A stretch of DNA of 64,000 bases from Centroscyllium fabricii (taxonomy: Eukaryota), in assembly GCA_051313645.2 (NCBI GenBank), contig JBNRSN020000034.1, positions 24,056,001 to 24,120,000 on the forward strand, in the 5' to 3' direction. Under the pieces are notes generated by a model. The model did not search any database. It saw nothing but the letters and a program-made list of their open reading frames with translations, and was not told where the DNA came from. Within the stretch, counting starts at the first letter, position 1; the number at the start of each line of letters is the position of its first letter. This document shows positions 50,824 through 63,150 of the stretch, one piece after another. Position numbers and translations under genes: made by a program.

Positions 50824-52372
50824 TAAGCAACATAGATTTAATATGGAGGTATTTAAATATTAAAATGTTAATGTTTTTGCTCAGAGCAAGATTGCAGTCC
50901 AAAACTTGTTTACAGTAAATTTGTTACAAACACAACTTTATCTGAATGGGCCCAATGTCCCAATTTTCTCCCCCATCTCCCCTGAAGCAAGTGACTCTTG
51001 TTGTTCCTCTAATACTTATCTGAGTAGACGTTCCTCATGTGTGACCTGAGATCCACTGTTGGCAAGCTGTTGGACAGTGGTGGATGGACGGAGGGGAGGG
51101 GGTGAAGGTGCATAGGGTCTCACAGCTGAACCCAGTGCTGCCCTCATTCAAAACCCGCAACAGGTACATTTTCCAGCATGGCTGCTTATTCCCTTCCCTA
51201 GTACTAAGACCAACTGTGGCGCTTTTAACTAATGCCGTGGCTGAGAGCAACTAACACAGCAAAGACTGAGGTTCAAACTCTGGGACCTTCTGTTCTGAGT
51301 TGCTTAGTGCTACACCAGGGGTGGCTGTTATGCAGTAAGCACTGTGTTAGTAGGAAATCTGTTAGAAGCACAACTTTATTTGAATGCATTTTTATGTTAA
51401 TCAAGAAAATTAAACAGTAATCTACAAATTTTTAAATTTATATAAACCTTTTCAAAGTGAAGATATTGGAAACAAGGGCCTTTTAATTGTTAGTTAATCC
51501 ATTAAGATGAACAAATCAGTCCCTTGTCACTATTTTGAATTAAATAATTGCTCCTCAAATTGCATTGTTCCAAGTATGACAAGATGATATGAATCTGAAT
51601 ATGAAGAGATTGCACAAGAAAAAGAAACTATTTTAGCAAAGCTCTTCAAGAATTCACCTGACTGGCCATTAATAATACATCTAAACCAAAGGAGCAGCCT
51701 TTGAAAAGCACTAAACTGAACCCAATTAAAGCCTACTTCGTTACGAAGGCTCAAGATGTAAAGGCAAGTCTAGCTTAAAATTTTTCCCCCCCTGTTGCAG
51801 TCTGTCTTAATGTAATATTAATGAGGCTGGATAGAGGGGCCATAAAAACTGATAGGTTTGCGATTGTAAATTATAAATCGGTATTGATTTTTTCCGGCAC
51901 TAACACAGTTGGCTTATTGTAAGCTACTACATGCACAGTGCACTTTATCAGATTAGGCTGGAGCCTGGTATCAAATATACATGAGAAGGATGCATTTCTG
52001 ACACAGTGGATTCTGAGAAACAACAATACACAGAAGCACACTCATGCACACACACACACAGGATTCCGCAAGAAAACATACACTCGACAACTTCAACAAA
52101 TTTTGACAGAATTGTCAGAAAAAAAATCAAAGATGAACTGTAATAAAAGCACTTCATTCTCAATGAATATAAAATGGGAAGATTCCTTTTATTTTATTAC
52201 TTATCAAAAATTGTCAGACAGTTTTAGCAAAATGAACAGTATTGTGAAAATCAGATGAACTGAAATCTGTTTTTTCCTCTCTCTCCCCTCACTCTGGGGT
52301 ACTGTTCCAGAGATCCTCTGCTACCTCGCCCAGCCATCCTTTCTCTACATGTGTCACCCTAAGCAGTGATAT

Positions 52373-52617
52373 GTGTGTATGTGTGTGCGTAGCTATTCAT
52401 TCAATACGTCAGGTTATGCATTTGTATGTACAATTGTATATGTTCTTTCTAGATCTATATGCGGGTTTTTATGTGTATGTGTATGCATAGTTATTCATTC
52501 AATACGTCTAGTTATGCATTTGTATGTCCAACTGTATATGTTCTTTTTTGTGCTTTGGCAACATAGGATGTATCTTGTCATGCCAATAAAGCAATTTGAA
52601 TTGAATTGAATTGAATT
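52373..52617 (+). mobile_element. LINE 3' tail with (GAATT)n, inserted in an LF-SINE-like copy
   Basis: GCCAATAAAGCAATTT(GAATT)n; TGATATG on both sides. Confidence 0.55.
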
Positions 52618-53309
52618 GATATGCTGGCAGCCTGTGAAACCATGGAGCACATCACGGCCATCCCCGATCCTGTCCCCCATCCAACACGGACACACAAGCA
52701 CTTTCCAGGAGGGGTTACAAAGACAAGTTCAGATGGGCAGGCTATTCAACCCACCTAGCTTATGCTTCCATTGAAACCTCTGCCCTGCCCATCAAAGTAT
52801 TCAGCTGTTTCTTGAGTGATCCCAGGGTTATTGCCTTCACTATTCTACGCAGAGGACCATTCCAGGTACAAGGGTATGGATCACAGCATACACAAAGAAG
52901 TGCCTCCTGACATCGCCACTGGATTGCAATTAGGAACTGATTTTATTTCCTGTCCCCAGCCCAGGGCAAGGGGGACAACTGTAGCACCCCTACTCCTGCT
53001 TCTGGCTGCTATCACCTGACTCACAACAGTAACTTACACTTCTATGGTGCTCATTACATACAAAGAGGCATCTCAGATTGCACCACAAGGCAAGTGCATA
53101 GCAAATGGCGGAGCAGGCAGAGTATAAAGGGAAAAGGCTCAAGGGGGGGTCATAGGCAATGTCGAAGAGGAGAGTGTTAAGGATATTTTGGAAAGCAGGG
53201 AGGGAGGTAACAAAGCGGAAATGGCAAGGAAGGCAGTTCCAGAGAGCAAGGGGGCTGAGGAAGTAGCTGGGAGTGGAGCAGATAGTGCAAGGAACCAGAA
53301 GTAAAAGAA

Positions 53310-53610
53310 AGAAAGTGCCTTTCACAACCACCGGACGTCTCAAAGCACTTTACAGCCAATTAAGTACTTTTGCAGTGTAGTCACTGTTGTAATGTAGGAA
53401 ACACGGCAGCCAATTTGTGCACAGTAAGGTCCCACAAACAGCAATGTGATAATGACCAGATAATCTGTTTTTGTTATGTTGGTTGAGGGATAAATATTGA
53501 CCAGGACACCAGGGAGAACTCCCCTGTTCTTCTTCGAAATAGTGCCATGGGATCTTTTACATCCACCTGAGAGCAGACGGGGCCTCGGTTTAACGTCTCA
53601 TCTGAAAGAC
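53310..53610 (-). mobile_element. SacSINE1/DeuSINE-like SINE inserted in an old L2 fragment (about 53090-53960)
   Basis: SINE core in reverse; minus-strand flank reads HWHPVSQKFDFNILVLTFR, L2-like. Confidence 0.75.
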
Positions 53611-54478
53611 GGTCTGTGTCGGAGAACCAGACTGTACATGGAGGGACAGAGGGTTGGAGGGGGTCGTGGAGGCCAAGGAGAAAACGGAAGGTGAGGACAA
53701 GAATGTTGAAGTCAAATTTCTGGGACACAGGGTGCCAATGGAATTTGGTGAAGACAGAGTTGACAGGGATGTCGGCCTCAGTGCGAGTGACGACATGGCC
53801 CAAGGTATTCTAGATGAATGTTTATGAATGGGAGAAGCAGTGAGGCCAGCAAGGGGACTGTTGCAGAGAGGCAGCCACGAGGTGGTAAGAGTGTGGACTA
53901 AGGTTTAAGTGGCAGAGGGAGAGAATTAAGGGGCAGAACCAGGTAATGTTGCAGAATAAAAACCAGGAATGCCGTTAACAGAATTTATAAATAAGCCAAG
54001 GAATGTGAAGCCATGACTATTATAATTCACTGGACAGTACATTTATCTAACTATGCCACATAATATTTGTAATGCACTACGTTAGATGCAATCTATACTT
54101 ATAATTCAATGGATGTGAACTTCCAATCTTGAGACATAAGACGCTGAAATGTTCTTTGTTGTACTGTTCTTTCAAGAATTAATCAATAAAAACATTTACA
54201 TGACTTTTTGTGAAGAGACATCTTGGCCGGAATTTTGCCCTAATGGCGGGGAACTGGCGGGGATTGGTCGGGGCGGGTTTTTGTCCCGCCCGAATAAGTG
54301 CCTGCGTTTCCCACGAGATTTTCGTCTAACGACCCAATTAATTCCCCGCCTGTGGGAAGCCTTCCCAATCACCGATTTCCAGTCAGAAAGTCACACAATA
54401 TGACGTCAGGATTCGGGTTTGCTTCAATAAACACAGCTCGCCTCCCGCACTGCTCAGAGCTCTGCAACCTTCAGCAGG

Positions 54479-56511
54479 ATGGCAGAGCGTGAGGGTGCTG
54501 CATCGGGCAGCGCGAGGGGACAACCCGCTCCCAAATTTGATGATGCCTCCCTCGATGCATTGCTCGAGGGGGCAACTACCCATCGGGAGGTTCTCTTCCC
54601 CTCCTCAGGGAGGAAGAGACCTCCCTCACAGACCAAGGCTGCATGGCAGCAGGTGGCTGAGGGGGTCAGATCTTTGGGCACAACACCCCGGTCCTGGCTG
54701 CAGTGTCGCAAGCGACTGCATGACCTTCATCGCACTGCCAGAGTAAGTATTCATTTCCCCTCACCCTCAATCACATCCCCCTCACCTCTCCTCACCACAA
54801 CTTATCTTCACCGCTCCCTTCCTCCACATCCCACTTGCCCATCACCTCCAAGCAACCTTACCCATTCCCTCTCTATCTATGCTCACACTCACGGTCCTTT
54901 CCCTCCATTCAGCCCTCACACTCCCTCTCACTCTCATGCTTGCTGCACATCTGGCACCACACAGGGAGAGCCTTTGGTCTTGCAGGCTCACTGCATCTTT
55001 GTCACCCTACAGCAAACTTTGCTGGTCACTCGCTGCAACAACTCCTTCCTTCTCACTCAACCTCCACTTCTCTACCTCATTGCAGGAAAAGACAGCCGCC
55101 AACAAGCGGCACAGCGCCGGGACCGGAGGAGGACCCCCCACCATCCAGCAGCTCACCACCTCGGAGGAGGCAGTGCTAGACCTTGTTGGGGAGGGGCAAG
55201 CCCCTGGAGTGGGTGACGGCAAGGCAGGCAGGCAATCTCGAGCTGGTGACAGCATGGTTTAATTATTTCTCTAACAAGTAACACATGAGACTGGCACAAT
55301 GAATGTAAAAGCACTGCAGAGGCATCTCTGCTCAGCTCCTGAATGCTATTTGTATGTAACCTTGCTGACATATCTCTAACCTCTGCCTTTACTGCCCCAC
55401 AGGCCCAGCCGCAGCTGGACGGCCAACCACAGATCAGCACCAGGCCGCCCCTATCCAGTCCTCAGAGGAACCTGCCACCTCTGAGGGTGCACCGTCAGCA
55501 CCACAGACTCCACCCGGCACCAGCGCAGATACTAGCACCTCGGTGGGCCCCCCTAGAGCTACATATGACTTGTCACCGGGTGATTCAGACAGCACTAGTG
55601 AGCCTCAGCAGATTGTGGAGACAGGGACAGCAGTGCAGGGTCCTAGTCGGAGGGCTCAGGACTTTGCCAGCTTAGCTGAGCTGCATGTCGACACAGCGCT
55701 TTTGGATCCATCAGGTAGAGGACACATGATGGGACTCCAGACACAGATGCAGGCGTCTCTGACAGGTTTTGTCTCCCAGGTAGCTGCGAGTGTCATGCGA
55801 ATGGAGGAGTCTGTCACAAGCATGAGAAGTGACCTTGCGGAGTCAGTGTCGCATGATCGCATCACCATGGAAAGGATGGCAACCACCATGGAAAGGATGG
55901 CGAACACCATGGAAAGGATGGCGACCACCATGGGAAGGATAGCGACCGTGGATGAGAGGATGGCCACGGCCATCGAGCACATAAGTCGCCAGTCTTTCGA
56001 AGACATGGGCACTGTCCACAATAGATACACATCTCTTGAGCAGCGAGTGGCATCCAATGAGCAGATGACCCAGACCTTCGTGGAAGTCCCTCTCAGTAGG
56101 ACTTCCACTGCAGAAACGGGTCCCCATGGCCCCCCTGAAGTGCAGCAAGGTGCTGTCCAGCCACTTGCTGGCGCTGAGGGGGAGGTGACCCATGAGAGGG
56201 AGGTTGGTGGTGCAGCTGAAGGAAGTGGAGGCTCCTCTCCAAGCGCTCCCATGTCCACACCACTGCAGAGCCCTCGGTCAGAGGCCCGCCGGAGTCCCCA
56301 TGCACCTGAGATGGAAGTCTCATACTCTGCCCAGCCGTAGGAGCAGCAGACTGGTAGCGAGCCCCCACAGGCTCACCACCCCAGAGGACGACCGCCAAAG
56401 GTGTCCAGACAGGAGCAGCAGGGCACTCAGCAGGGGGCCTCCACATCTGCTGACACCACAGGGATAGCACCACGCAGGAGCACTCGCAAAAGAAAACCTA
56501 AGCACCCTTAG
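54479..56511 (+). CDS. Harbinger Myb/SANT-like DNA-binding protein; exons 54479-54742, 55086-55245, 55403-56511; probable premature TAG at 56338
   Basis: APKFDDASLDALLE...W..VA.......RSWLQCRKRLHDL trihelix motif. GT-AG junctions keep frame (phases 0 and 1). TGGGPP motif. Reading past the TAG gives PRGRPPK and RRSTRKRK. Confidence 0.82.
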
Positions 56512-57774
56512 GCACAACGGGAGTCACTTGGGTGTTAGTGTAACAGTCAGTTAGGTGTCCAAAGCAGTGGTCAGACAGCAGACCACTGCAGGTGCCACCT
56601 GATGCAGTTGTCATGTGTGACATCTTGCGAATGGCCCTTCCACATTGAAACCTTATGCAGACTGGATAGCAATCGGGCAGGCCTCACAGATATGCAAGAA
56701 TGCAGACGCAACATGGCAGAAGGACTTACAGCAAGATCAATGAGGTTCAATAACAGACTGCAGCTCAATGGTTAACAGTGAAGGCCCTTGAAACCGGCCT
56801 ACCTTCATGGTGACGCACACCAGCGAACAGAGGGACTGTATGACCGATGTGTGGTCCAAAGGATGACCAGGTTAACTGAACAAACCACCTGATGTTTTCG
56901 CTACACCAGCAAACACACCTCAGGGCTGAACTTTAACACGAACAAAACTTTAAAAGGATGGAGGTGGGCAAAGAAAAGATGGGCCAACTGGCCAAAGTAC
57001 CCACGCATCCAACATCATCTGGCTGCAACTGGCCCCTCACAGCACCTGACCCTGATGGAATGGCCAAGGAGCCATGGTGCCAGCATGCCTCAGCTCTCAC
57101 ACATCAAACAAGATCAGGTGGGTGAAGAACCACCAGACATTGACCCTCACCACCCTCCACAGCTCCTGCCTCATGTGCGGGTGCGCTGCCCTGGTTTGTC
57201 AGAATGTGTCACTCTTGAAAAGGGAGGGGCAGCACGTGAGAGGGGGGAACATGATTGACAATGGATATGAAGTTGCAAGCTCAAAACTGGACTGGCTGAG
57301 GTGCAGCATTGCTGATAATGACATTTTGACCGTTTCAACCTGCATGTCTGCAGCTGAGATGCCTGGGACATCATTAATGCAGTGATTCATAAATGCTGGT
57401 CATCAGTTGAACAACCATGCATGTGGCCATGTTTGCTTAATGTCTTTACTAAACAGCATGTTGCAGTTGCAACCTTTAATGTTTATGTGTTCATTATTGC
57501 ATGTGATGGATGGATGGATGTTTGGGTGGGACCATGTTCATCAAAGAAATGTGTGGTGCGTCAGGGGCGTGGGTGCATGCGCGAGCACAGAAAGCCTTCA
57601 CAAGCACTTGGCAGCCCCAGAAGCACACTCCCCCAAACCCGCACCCCCCCACCCCCCACAGATGTCATTACAATAGTGGGACTCATGCAGGTATGAGCTG
57701 TGGAACTGATTGGAGTGTGTCATTGAGGATGCACTGTTAGGATGAGGAGAGTAACACAAGCTGGCTTGAGTAGT

Positions 57775-59063
57775 CTAAGAAAATCTTGCAAGGATGAGCT
57801 CCATCCTTGCTTGCCGGCCAGCAACGTTCTCGCATAATGGTGGTGCTGGCTGGGGTCGAGCGGCAGCAACCCCGTCCTCCTCCTCCTCTACCTCCTCCTC
57901 CTCTACCTCTTCCTCCTCCTCCTCCTCCTCCTCCTCCTCCTCCTCTTCCTCTTCCTCCTCCTCCTCATCTGAGGACAGTATGCGAGGAGGCAGGTCTTGG
58001 TCAGGAGGTTGCAAGCCACGGCACTGGGCCATGTTGTGAAGTTGACAGCATACCACTACCATTCTGGAGACCCTGGCTGGGGTGTATTGCAGGGCTCCAC
58101 CTGATCTGTCCAAGCATCTGAAACGCATCTTGAGCAAGCCTATGGTGTGCTCTATAATGCTTCTGGTGGAGATGTGTCTGGAGTTGTAGTTCTCCTCAGC
58201 CTCATTGGCTGGCCTCCTGACCGGCGTCACGAGCCAAGTCCTGAGGGGATAGCCCTTGTCTCCAAGTAGCCACCCCGGAAGCTGGTCCGGCGGTGTGAAG
58301 AGCGTAGGCAAGGTTGATTGGCGCAGGACATAGGAGTCATGGCAGCTGCCAGGGTACCTGGCACACACATGCAAAATCTCCTTGTTGTGGTCACACACCA
58401 GTTGAACATTGAGTGAATGGAAGCCCTTGCGGTTGAGAAAAGCTACTGGGTTGTCGTTGGGTGCCCTAAGGGCCACATGTGTGCAGTCAATGATGCCCTG
58501 TACCCTTGGGAAGCCTGCCAGACAAGCCATTCCAATCGCTCGGGCCCTCACACTTGCGCGATCCGTGGTAAAATGGATGAAATTGTGGGCGCGGGCAAAG
58601 AGGGCATCGGTTACCTGGGTGATGCAGGAGTGTGCGGCCGACTCGGAGATTCCGCTGATGTCGGCTACTGATCCCTGGAATGAGCCAGAGGCAAAGAAGT
58701 TGAGTGTGGTGGTGACTTTGAGGGCCACTGGTAAGGCATGTCTACCTGGTGTGCTAGGCTCCAGCTCTTGCTGCAGCATGGCGCAGATGTCTGTGACTGC
58801 CTCTCGGGAAAGTCGGAGTCGCCTTTGGCACTGCCGCTCACTCATGTTGAGGTAGGTGGCTCGGACTCTGTAGACACTGTTTGGGGGTATCTTCTGCGGC
58901 GACGGCCTTGGATGCGCCGATGCCTTCTGGCCCATGCTGCCCCCGGAGGGTCCGCAGGAGCGTCAGGCTCCTGGTGTGGCTGGTGCTGTTGCTGCTGTAG
59001 CCGCATCTGCTCCTGGTAGAGATCATGCGATCCCAAGAAGGGAAGGAAGACAATGGCTCCCAT
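57775..59063 (-). CDS. Harbinger DDE transposase (HARBI1-like family), 1-nt frameshift at about 58885
   Basis: GIIDCTH / LLGDKGY / [10 protein letters not shown] triad, [11 protein letters not shown], poly-Glu tail. The N-terminus MGAIVF...RRRRRYP lies in another frame. Confidence 0.93.
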
Positions 59064-59829
59064 GGCTGTGCTGGCAGCCTCGCCTGAGGAAGCACTGAGT
59101 GAGGGGGGGAAGTGAGAGGGCTTTCCCAGGTCACACTGCAGAAGTGTTTGGGGATTCAACCTTCCACAGGTGTGCTGAAGCCTGTTGCAAATATCCCCAG
59201 GACTGAGAGAACAATGTGTTTGCGCAAGCGAATGATGGCTGATTAAATGTGAGCCTTCATTGAGTGACCGGACACAGATATTCAGCAGTCCCACTGAGTT
59301 CACACAAGAGTTTCACCTGACGGGGTTTATCTTGGCGGGTTTTGTGCGTGAAACACATGAAAATTGCTAAGGGCCCTTAAAATGGGATTACTGATGCCAA
59401 TTAAGGGCCCTTAACGACCTTAACAAGCATCCCCGCCGGGCGAATGTATGAAATCATCCCCGGGAAAGATTCGGGGCGGGAAAAAAGCCCGCACAAAAAT
59501 TCAAATCCAGCGGGGAATGGGCGGGAACCAAAATTTTCTAATTTTCATCTCCCGCCCGCCCAAAACCCCGCCTGACGGGGACATGAAAATTCCCCCCCTT
59601 ATTTCTGGATAATGATCAGTGTGGTATTCTGCTAGCTTATTTTATTTGTAGCTAATAGGTAAATTATAATATACTTTATGGGGCTGTTTTGTTTTGCATG
59701 CATTTTGAATAATAATTTTCTCATTTTGACAGTCCTACTTATTTGTGTACACTATCTAAGCAGAGTATGTCAACTCAGGATTTTTTTCAAAGAGGTTGCA
59801 TTTTGTAAAATTATGCCATCAAAAGTCTT

Positions 59830-60200
59830 TTTATTTTTAAATTGCCGCTCCTCTGCTGAAAGTTCCTCCATACGCTGTGGTACAAGTTCCATGCACTCTG
59901 ACACCTCACCCAGGTGTGAGCCGAGATGGTGGGTGTCAACAAGGTGTCTAGCAGTAGGGGGCATCGCAGCCGAGTCCAATCCTGCCCTCATCCCAAATGC
60001 AACATGGATGCATTTTCAGGCAGGGGGTCACTCAATAGGTCGGGGGTGGGAACACTGCTTTTCTTTCTTCCCCCTCTGCTTTCCCCAACTACAACATCTC
60101 AAATGCCCCTCAACTGAGATCAGCAAAGTGCTGGGGTTGGGTGGGGGTGGTGGGGTGTCAAAACTGGGCACCTGCAGGTGCTTTTGCTTGGGAATCACCA
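59830..60200 (-). mobile_element. LF-SINE-like element
   Basis: GGGCATCGCAGCCGAGTCCAATCCTGCCCTCA...CAGGGGGTCACT...CTGAGATCAGCAAA. Confidence 0.65.
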
Positions 60201-60522
60201 CCAATGCCACCTTTATTGTAACTAGTGAAGGTAAATTTGCATTTCCAAGTAGCATAATCTTGGATAAACTACATGCACCACTGCACAGGCTGACTTGTCA
60301 TTGTACAGTTGAGGGGGACAGGGCTGTCAAATTCTATCAATGTTTACCAAGCATTGTTTTAAGTTAATTTTCGGGACAGCTTTTAAAATATCCTAGCATG
60401 CACACCAACCCCATTTAGTGGGTGTTTACTAACACTCTAAGCTGTCCACCGTGCCGATCTCAGCAGACAGCACCATTCCTTTAGGCATTACCACTCGATA
60501 TGTCACTTTTAAAAGAGCTTAA

Positions 60523-61090
60523 AGGCCCTGTCACACCTAGACGTTTTAGCCAGCATATGCAAATTTGGCTAAAACGCTGGGTTACGTCGGATACGTTATG
60601 GGTATGTTATGCATACATTAAGAGCACGCTGGCATACGCTGGCCATAAGTTGCATACGTCGTTGTACTTCGAGTAAGTCGAGAAATTTTGAGCATGCACA
60701 AAATTTCTCCACGTATCTTGCGTATGATTCACACGTTCCGCATACGCTGGCCATACGTTGTAGGCACGTTAGGCGATCGTTGACACACGTCGACACACGT
60801 TACTTGTAAGTTATTCATAAGTCAAAAGACGTCGAGATAATTTCTAAGCGTACCCGGAACTTATTTCTAACCTATGAGTAACGTGCTTTGAACCTATACG
60901 TATCTCCAACGCATATTTACGACCACAGAACTTACTGAACGTGTTTGCTACCATATAATACGTTATGCATACGTTATGCATACGTCCAACTCGTTATGAA
61001 TACGCTATTAAACGCCCAAAGTTCAGCGTAACCCAGCGTTTTAGCCAAATTTGCATACGCTGGCTAAAACGTCTAGGTGTGACAGGGCCT
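60523..61090 (+). mobile_element. Harbinger MITE directly abutting the transposase-bearing parent
   Basis: Long TIR AGGCCCTGTCACACCTAGACGTTTTAGCCAGC..; flanks TAA / TTA. Confidence 0.93.
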
Positions 61091-61663
61091 TTAAGGCCCT
61101 GTCACACCTTGACGTTTTAGCCAGCGTATGCAAATTTGGCGAAAACGTTGGTTTACGTCGGATACGTTATGGGTAAGTTTTGTATACGTTAAGAGCACGC
61201 TGGCATACGCTGGCATACGCTGGCATACGTTGTTGAGTCGAGAAATTTTGAGCATGCACAAAATTTCTCGACGTATCCTGCGTATGACTCACACGTTCCG
61301 CATACGCTGGCCATAAGTTGTAGGCACGTTAGGCGATCATTGACACACGTCGACACACGTTAGTCATAAGTCAAAATATGTCGAGATAATGTCTAGCGTA
61401 CCCGGAACTTATTTCTAACCTATGAGTAACGTGCTTTGAACCTATGTGTAACGTATCTCCAACGCATATTGACATATGTAGACGTATTTGACGTCTTCCG
61501 GACGACCACGGAACTTACTGAACGTGTTTCTAACTTACAGCTACCGTATAATGGCGTATTGGCAGCGTTTAGGGGAATTGGTATATAAAAAAATGGGGTT
61601 CACAGGAGGAACCCGTCAGTGTTCCAGACTCCATGGTGAGCAGATGTCCATGTCATCCGAGAG

Positions 61664-63150
61664 ATGAAGGATCCGGCAAGACGAGAATACCTACTAGCTG
61701 TCCTCCAACATCAACATGCCCTCATCGATTTGACACTGTACCAGTTGCGTGCCAATAGAGCCAGGAGAAGAATAGGTGAACGGAGGAGAAGGAACTGGGT
61801 GAGACCATGGATCGGGAGGTGACGGCAGTTTGGCATGTATGACCAGCTCATGGTGGAACTCCGTAACGAGGACCATGCATCCTTCACCAACTTCCTGCGT
61901 ATGCCCCCAGCGATGTTCGACGAGCTGCTAGCCAGAGTGGGTCCAAGGATAACCAAGCAGTACACCTTCTACAGGGATCCGCTTGAGCCTGGCATGAAGC
62001 TGGCACTGACTTTGCGTCACCTTGCCTCTGGAAACAAGTATGCCTCGATGAAGTTCGCATGGAGGGTCCCTCACAACACCCAGTCCCTAGTGGTCAGAGA
62101 AGTCTGTCAAGCCATTATTGACGAATACGTGGATGAGGTGATGGTTTGCCCAAGTACTCCTGATGGTTGGCGCGCCATAGCTGACAAGTTCTTCCAACGA
62201 TGGAACTTTCCCCATACATGTGGGGCACTTGACGGGAAGCAAGTGGCCTGCCGCTGTCCTCCAAAGACTGGGTCCCAATACTATAACTACAAAGGATTCT
62301 ACTCCATTGTTCTGATGGCGCTTGTGGATGCTGACTACAAATTCATTTGGGCAGATGTCGGCGGTACTGGATCTGCATCAGATGCGCAGATATACAATGA
62401 CTCTGAGCTGAAGGAATGCGCTGAAGACGGTACCCTTGGTTTCACTGACCCTGAGCCTCTTCCCAATGACAACCAGGACGTGCCTTACTTCTTTATCGGT
62501 GACGATGCCTTCGCCTTACGACCAACCATGATGAAGCCATACAGCCTCCGTGGTCTGACGAATGAACAACGCATCTTCAACTACAGGCTTAGCCGAGCAA
62601 GGAGGGTAGTAGAAAATGCATTCGGCATCCTGGCTAACAGATTCCAGGTTCTGCTAAGTACCATGCAGCATCACCCCTCCACTGTCAAGCTCATTGTCAA
62701 AGCATGCTTGATCCTGCACAACCTCATGAGGACCAGGTAATTCATGTTTACATAGCATATATTATACAGTATACAATGAAATTTAACTTTTAGCCTATGC
62801 TTATAAACATTATATGATTTACCTTAAATTTTACATGTATCATTATATTACTTTTTAATGTACAGCGCATTAGAATATATGTTTTTATTATAGGTGCGTT
62901 TTATAAGTAAATAAAATCAAATTCAAATTCCAGGTACCCAGGACTACAGAACCAGCAGCTTGACCGGGCAGAGAATGAGAACCGCGACCTTGTTCCAGGA
63001 GCATGGCGACAGGGACATCAGTTGGAGGATACACAGACAGCTACTGGCCCCAACACTGCCTCCAAGGACGGAAGGAAACAGAGGAATCTCCTCAAGCACT
63101 GGGTTAACTCCCCAGCTGGCGCAGTTCCGTGGCAAGATAGGATGATTTAG
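61664..63150 (+). pseudogene. Harbinger transposase; exons 61664-62736 and 62934-63150; in-frame TGA at 61820
   Basis: MKDPARR...WVRPWIGR*RQFGMYDQL...GALDGKQV...YNYKGFYS...GDDAF...VVENAFG...LHNLMRTR|YPG...GAVPWQDRMI*. Confidence 0.9.
62737..62933 (+). other. 197-nt GT-AG intron-like insert flanked by a CCAGGTA duplication
   Basis: CCAG|GTAATT...TTCCAG|GTA; removal restores the reading frame. Confidence 0.85.

Larger units (their letters stand above)
54224..59598. mobile_element. Full-length two-gene PIF/Harbinger transposon
   Basis: Short imperfect TIRs GGCCGGAATTTT / AAAATTCCCCCC, GGCGGG-rich subtermini, convergent Myb/SANT and transposase genes. Exact ends uncertain by 1 nt. Confidence 0.92.

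Noticed and set aside
57775-59063. Domesticated host gene HARBI1
   Set aside because: It lies within TIRs next to a Myb/SANT partner and is frameshifted, so it is a transposon copy.
59678-60367. 229-aa ORF
   Set aside because: No recognisable motif; it overlaps an LF-SINE-like relic.
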